Shown here: positions 59,948-64,000 of the stretch, piece by piece
Layout of the letters: each line of letters starts with the position of its first letter
How positions within the stretch are numbered: the stretch's first letter is position 1
Assembly: GCA_965224215.1 (NCBI GenBank)
Contig: CBDCYS010000027.1
Coordinates: 10,304-74,303 of the forward strand
Reading direction: 5' to 3'
Source of the DNA: Bryobacterales bacterium
Lineage (GTDB): Bacteria; Acidobacteriota; Terriglobia; Bryobacterales; UBA6623
Length of the DNA: 64,000 nt
Program-made: the position numbers and the translations under genes
Notes under the pieces: generated by a model
Seen by the model: the letters and a program-made list of their open reading frames with translations, nothing else
Databases searched by the model: none
Told to the model about the DNA's origin: nothing

Positions 59948-60361
59948 ATGCAACGGGACGTCGTCAGATACAACGTAAGGCTCCAAGCTTGGTTTCATAG
60001 AGATGGACGGGAGTGGGTTGTGTGGTGTCCTGGCATCGACGTCATGACCCAAGACCGAACAAGGAAAGGAGCCCTCGAATCACTCCGGGAGGCTGTTGCG
60101 CTCTGGTTTGAGTCCTGCATTGAACGGGGTGTGCTCAACGGAGCACTGAAAGAACTGGGATATAACAAACTGCCGCCCGACGAAGAAGCCCCTGAGGGGG
60201 TTGACTTTATCAGCGTCGTGAGGCAACCGCAACCCCCATTTGTTGAGACGGGGATGTCGTTTTCTCTCGGACACCGCAAAGGGTCCGACTACATTGAGTG
60301 CATCATCCCCGCCTACATTGCCGCTCAGCAGCTAGGGGCAGCTGCTCGTGCGCGCGGTTAA
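59948..60361 (+). CDS. hicB: HicB-family antitoxin
   Basis: WVVWCPGIDVMTQ..T...ALESLREAV.LW.E motif. Confidence 0.75.
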   Translation: MQRDVVRYNVRLQAWFHRDGREWVVWCPGIDVMTQDRTRKGALESLREAVALWFESCIERGVLNGALKELGYNKLPPDEEAPEGVDFISVVRQPQPPFVETGMSFSLGHRKGSDYIECIIPAYIAAQQLGAAARARG

Positions 60362-60573
60362 GTGGAAAGAACTCGTCAAGATTTGCGAAGGGGAAGGCTG
60401 CGAGCCGGCAAAAGGGTGACCACTACATCATGACGAAACCGGGATTGAGTCGCCCGATCGTCATCCCAAGAAAGAACAACCTGAAAGAAGATATCGTGCT
60501 GAGCGTGGGTAAGACTCTCGGGCTAGGCGGAAAGGCAATGCGTGAACGGTTGTCACCGACGAAGAGGAAGTAA
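60348..60573 (+). pseudogene. hicA: HicA-family toxin, frameshifted near 60402
   Basis: VKWKELVKI.E.EG in one frame; RQKGDHYIM.KPG..RPIVIP in the next. Confidence 0.75.
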
Positions 60574-61064
60574 AACCCTTCTAACCCTCGTCGCAAGGGG
60601 CTCAGCGCGTCTTCATGCGGTGCCCTACAAGCCGCAAGAGCCCCCGGTAGGCATCAGGGTTGGCCAGCCATCGCCTGCTAGCGTTCACCGTTCGCCGTGG
60701 GGCTGATGCGCTGTTGGAGGTCCACAGGAAAGCCATCGAAACCGCTGACGTAGATGCACGAATCGCAGACCTTGAGAGAAGCCGACAATGAACCTGCGGC
60801 GCTGGGTCGAGCCACCTGGAACCGCCCCCTGCCCCCATGATAACCTCACCCTAGCCGCACCCCCTACGTCCACTGAGTCTAGCAGCCCCCTAGCCGTTTC
60901 TGTCTGGCCAGCACGGCAAGACTGGCGGGAGCTTCCAGCCCAATTCACTTTAAGTTTTACCTGTAATCAACTGTAAAAAACGTAGTTGAATACTACTATT
61001 CTAGTTGTATACTACGACCAATGAAGTCTAGGAATCAACCCGGCGGGGGGCAGGTGGACTAGCT

Positions 61065-61460
61065 CTAAACGGTTGTTTCCTCGTCTCGGCTCCTGGCTGC
61101 TTTCCGGTCGCTCAGAGACCAGGCAAGGCCAAGCACGAAGAAAAGAGCCACCGCCCACTGGACCGCTAATCGAGAGATGCTTATTTCAGTCTCCCAGTAA
61201 AGCGGGGACTTCAGTGCGGACTCGAAAGCCCCTAGCCTTCTTCCCCTAATGCTTTCAGCATCATCATAGTCTGCCGTGTGCGGTACCACGGGGGCGTGAA
61301 TTCCTGGCGCTCCGGGAGGTCGCCAGATCCAAGAATATGTCTGGTGCCTGAATGGGAAGCCAGAATATCTGAACTCCTGGACCCATGGCGGATACAGCCC
61401 CATCGCCACGATCGGGACCAGCCCAATCCAGACAACGATTCTCTGCTTCCAGTTCATCAC
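61065..61460 (-). CDS. Hypothetical membrane protein (2 TM)
   Basis: N-terminal hydrophobic helix ending LYPPW and a C-terminal RLAVQW hydrophobic helix; GGAGG RBS. Confidence 0.65.
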   Translation of the reverse strand: MMNWKQRIVVWIGLVPIVAMGLYPPWVQEFRYSGFPFRHQTYSWIWRPPGAPGIHAPVVPHTADYDDAESIRGRRLGAFESALKSPLYWETEISISRLAVQWAVALFFVLGLAWSLSDRKAARSRDEETTV

Positions 61461-61629
61461 CGCCTCCGCTCGTCACCAATTCTTCCACCGGGCCGCTTTG
61501 CACAGACAACCACCCTTGCTTGCGGTTCACGAATCTGGCCCAGGACACGGCTCGGGAGTTTATGGGTCCGTGCTCGGAAGAAGTATAGCCGAAACCCTCG
61601 ACTACACGAAATACAGACCGTAGCGGTGC

Positions 61630-63424
61630 TGTCAACGCCAAGTAGAAATGTCCGCTTTGGGGCAGGTGGCTGGAGAGGCGATGGTAGAGTGGTTGGCGTT
61701 GAGGGCAGGGTCGCGCCTGCTCTTGATGCCCAAGGCCGAAGCGATGGAGCTGGCTCCCAAGCAATCGGCTGAAGCAGACGACCCTCTGGCCTCCCGGTCA
61801 GAGGGTTTTCTGTTCGTGACAGAGATTGCTTTGGTGAAGCTTCGGAGCGGAGGCCTTGGGCTTCGCCAACGCGACGATCGCCGGGCGCCGTTTGCCCGGC
61901 GCTCCCCATAGCGTCTTGGTTTGGCAGCGACTGCCAACTCAGCGCATCGGCCCGATGGGCGCTCCGCATAGAGTCTTGGTTTGGCAGCGACTCCTAGTCC
62001 TGCGTATCGTCTCGCCGAGCGCCGGATGCCTGCGCCGCTTGCCACACAGGCGGGCTGTCTTTCAGATCGAAGTCCTTCATCCAGTCGCTGCTTCGCTTGC
62101 CGGCAGCTTTGCCGCCAGCCTTCTCGGCCGCTGCCGCAGCGGGTTCCGCCTGGGCGCTCTTGGGCTGCGGGCGCTCCGATTGGGGCTGCGCGCCGCAGCG
62201 CTTCAGCGCCAGTTCGTGCTTGCCGCAGCGCGCGGCCAGGACGCCGTCCAGGCGTCTCTCCACCCGCACTCGGCTGTTTCGCAGACCCGGCACAATCGCC
62301 TTGCGGTCGATTTGATAGCTCTTTCCCCGGAAGCGAATCGTGTAGTCGTTGGCGACCCGCCGCGTCTCGACCTGGCTCAGCGCCGAGTCCAGATCGTGCT
62401 CGGGACCTAGCTCGCGATGCGCCTCGTCGGGGTGAGCCGGCTGCACCCGCAACGTGGCGTTCCACCAGGGCAGAAACTCGCTTTCCAGGTAGGCGTTGGC
62501 CTGTTCGATCGTCGTGGCCCCGGCCACCCGCAGACCCTTCACCAGGCGGTCCTGGGCGGTGCCAAAGCTGCGCTCGACGCGGCCTTTGGCCTGCGGCGAA
62601 TAGGCCGTGATCGATTCGATGTCCAGCTCCTGGAGCGCCCGCCCGATCTGCGTGGGAGGCCAGAGCTTGGGGTCCTCGCCGGCGCTGTTTTTGGGCGTGT
62701 TGACAAACAGGCTGGCGCGGTCGGTGTAGAAGGCTACGGGTCGGCCGTTTTGTTCCAGATACGTCTTCAGCAAACGGCGATTCTCTTCGCCCGAGTCGTG
62801 CCGGACGAAGCGCGCCAGCAACTCGCTGCTGGCGTCGTCGATCATGCCGATCAGGTACAGCTTCTCCCCGCGTCCCTCCAGCCAGTCGTGCTCGGAGGTG
62901 TCCCATTGCACCAGCTCGCCGCGGCAACTGCGGCGGGGCCGCCACGGATGCGGGCGTCCTGACTTGCGGCGGCGGGGCTTCCACAGGCCCGCGGCGGCCA
63001 TCCAACGGCGCAGCGTTTCGCGGCCGACTTGGACGCCGTGGCGCTGCTCGAGATACTCCGCCGCCAGAGTCGGGCCAAAGCCGGCGTAGACGGGTTGGGA
63101 GAGGATTGCCACGGCTTGTTTTTCCGCCTTGGCGCTGAGCTTGCGGTTGGACGCGCGGCCCCGCGCGGCATGGACCACGGCCTGGTCGCCTTCGCTGCGA
63201 AGCTTCGCCAGCAGCCGCCTCAGATGCCGTTCGCTGAGGCCCGTCTGCTGGGCGGCCTGCTTTTGCGTGATGAGTTTTTTGTCTGCTTTGCGCAGCGCCA
63301 CCAGCCGGTCGCGCTCTCGTTGTGTCATTAGTAGTTGTCCTTGCTTGCTCACCCCTCCAGGCTGACCTTGTCAATAGGACATTTCTACTTGGCACGTTTA
63401 GGACATTATCACTCGGCAGCGACA
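61630..63424 (-). mobile_element. IS481/ISNCY-type element
   Basis: TGT...ACA ends with GCCAAGTAGAAATGTCC repeats (doubled at the right end). No TSD seen. Confidence 0.85.
61994..63352 (-). CDS. IS481/ISNCY-type DDE transposase
   Basis: GFGPTLAAEYL, GELVQWDTS.HDW, IDDA, YTDR, SPQAKGRVER.F.TAQDRL. Confidence 0.92.
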   Translation of the reverse strand: MSKQGQLLMTQRERDRLVALRKADKKLITQKQAAQQTGLSERHLRRLLAKLRSEGDQAVVHAARGRASNRKLSAKAEKQAVAILSQPVYAGFGPTLAAEYLEQRHGVQVGRETLRRWMAAAGLWKPRRRKSGRPHPWRPRRSCRGELVQWDTSEHDWLEGRGEKLYLIGMIDDASSELLARFVRHDSGEENRRLLKTYLEQNGRPVAFYTDRASLFVNTPKNSAGEDPKLWPPTQIGRALQELDIESITAYSPQAKGRVERSFGTAQDRLVKGLRVAGATTIEQANAYLESEFLPWWNATLRVQPAHPDEAHRELGPEHDLDSALSQVETRRVANDYTIRFRGKSYQIDRKAIVPGLRNSRVRVERRLDGVLAARCGKHELALKRCGAQPQSERPQPKSAQAEPAAAAAEKAGGKAAGKRSSDWMKDFDLKDSPPVWQAAQASGARRDDTQD

Positions 63425-63533
63425 TTGCTTTACCGCCACATGTAGTCTTGTCTCATGCAAGGTGAGCCTGAACGAGGAGTTTGTTTCTCACTCAAGATGA
63501 GCCTGAAGGATCGGGGAGTGGGCATGCTGGGAA

Positions 63534-64000
63534 TTGACTATCCAAGTGCAAAACGCCAGCAAGCTGAACCTGCAACAGATCCAGCAGTTTCTCCACTCCA
63601 GCGAGGAGATTCGATTCAAAGGCAAAGGGCGGGCCGAGATCTACACGTGGGTGGCGCGCACGCTTCGCCAGGACGGCTACAGCCGCCAGAACCGCGCCGC
63701 CAAAGGGCTGCTGCGGCAGTATCTGGTCAAGATGACCGGACTGAGTCGGGCGCAAATCACGCGGCTGATCCAGCAGTACCGGCAGGGCGGAGAACTCCAA
63801 CCCGCCCGCTACCGGCGGCATCGCTTTGCCCGCAAGTACACGCCCGCCGACGTCGAACTGCTGGCGGCGGAGGACGAGGCCCACGAAACCCTCAGCGGCC
63901 CGGCCACGCGCAAGATCCTCGAGCGGGAATACCAGCAGTACCAGCAGCGCGAATACGAGCGGCTGGCGGGGATCTCGGTGGCCCAGATCTATCGCCTGCG
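63534..64000 (+). CDS. Integrase-core-type transposase, N-terminal part (runs off the window)
   Basis: KGLLRQYL.KMTGLSRAQITRLI, F.RKYT..D..LLA..D.AH.TLSGPAT, RLA.IS...IYRL. A TGT-initial end at 63441 carries a repeated TCTCA..CAAG.TGAGCCTGAA. Confidence 0.8.
   Translation, partial: MTIQVQNASKLNLQQIQQFLHSSEEIRFKGKGRAEIYTWVARTLRQDGYSRQNRAAKGLLRQYLVKMTGLSRAQITRLIQQYRQGGELQPARYRRHRFARKYTPADVELLAAEDEAHETLSGPATRKILEREYQQYQQREYERLAGISVAQIYRL

Larger units (their letters stand above)
54149..61500. mobile_element. tRNA-integrated phage-satellite-like element (right boundary not defined)
   Basis: int and a hypothetical gene point left; xis, small ORFs, SSB-like and primase-helicase genes point right; hicBA cargo follows. 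No structural genes seen. Confidence 0.75.

Noticed and set aside
629-60573. All frameshifts are sequencing errors
   Set aside because: Long genes (ileS, hydantoinases, primase, PQQ enzyme) are intact, and lesions cluster in mobile or accessory genes. The homopolymer shift near 1365 could still be an error.
292-63884. Many long overlapping ORFs in the track (e.g. 292-1197, 34039-35031, 42253-43695, 61632-63425)
   Set aside because: These are shadow or antisense frames of recognised genes in GC-rich DNA, with low-complexity Arg/Pro/Ala-rich translations and no motifs.

Overview
A GC-rich bacterial window, probably Acidobacteriota (inferred from an acidobacterial-type VWA protein, a WKEIAAYL-HTH/TolB-repeat protein and a PQQ dehydrogenase/cytochrome c pair). 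It is heavily colonised by mobile DNA. Mobile content: the 3' part of a group II intron with a deleted RT ORF; IS91-, IS1634-, IS630-, ISKra4-like, IS21, IS4, IS1182 and IS481/ISNCY-type elements or relics; four IS1595 copies of two types; a ~180-bp MITE family; REP-like palindromes; a decayed prophage-like element (~27.8-39.1 kb); and a phage-satellite-like element beside tRNA-Ile2(CAT) (~54.2-61.5 kb). Intact cellular genes: di-heme peroxidase, tandem cupins, hydantoinase/oxoprolinase A and B, FAD oxidoreductase, class III aminotransferase, PQQ dehydrogenase, Nramp transporter, ileS, purE, gluconolactonase, VWA, DinB, FNR-like and CbiX-like proteins. The most striking signals missing from the ORF track are an Ile-rich leader peptide with a mutually exclusive antiterminator/terminator upstream of an atypical ileS (KESKS motif plus insertion), and an IS21 element carrying a third ORF that resembles a replication initiator. 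All calls come from reading the sequence and motif recognition; no database searches were run.
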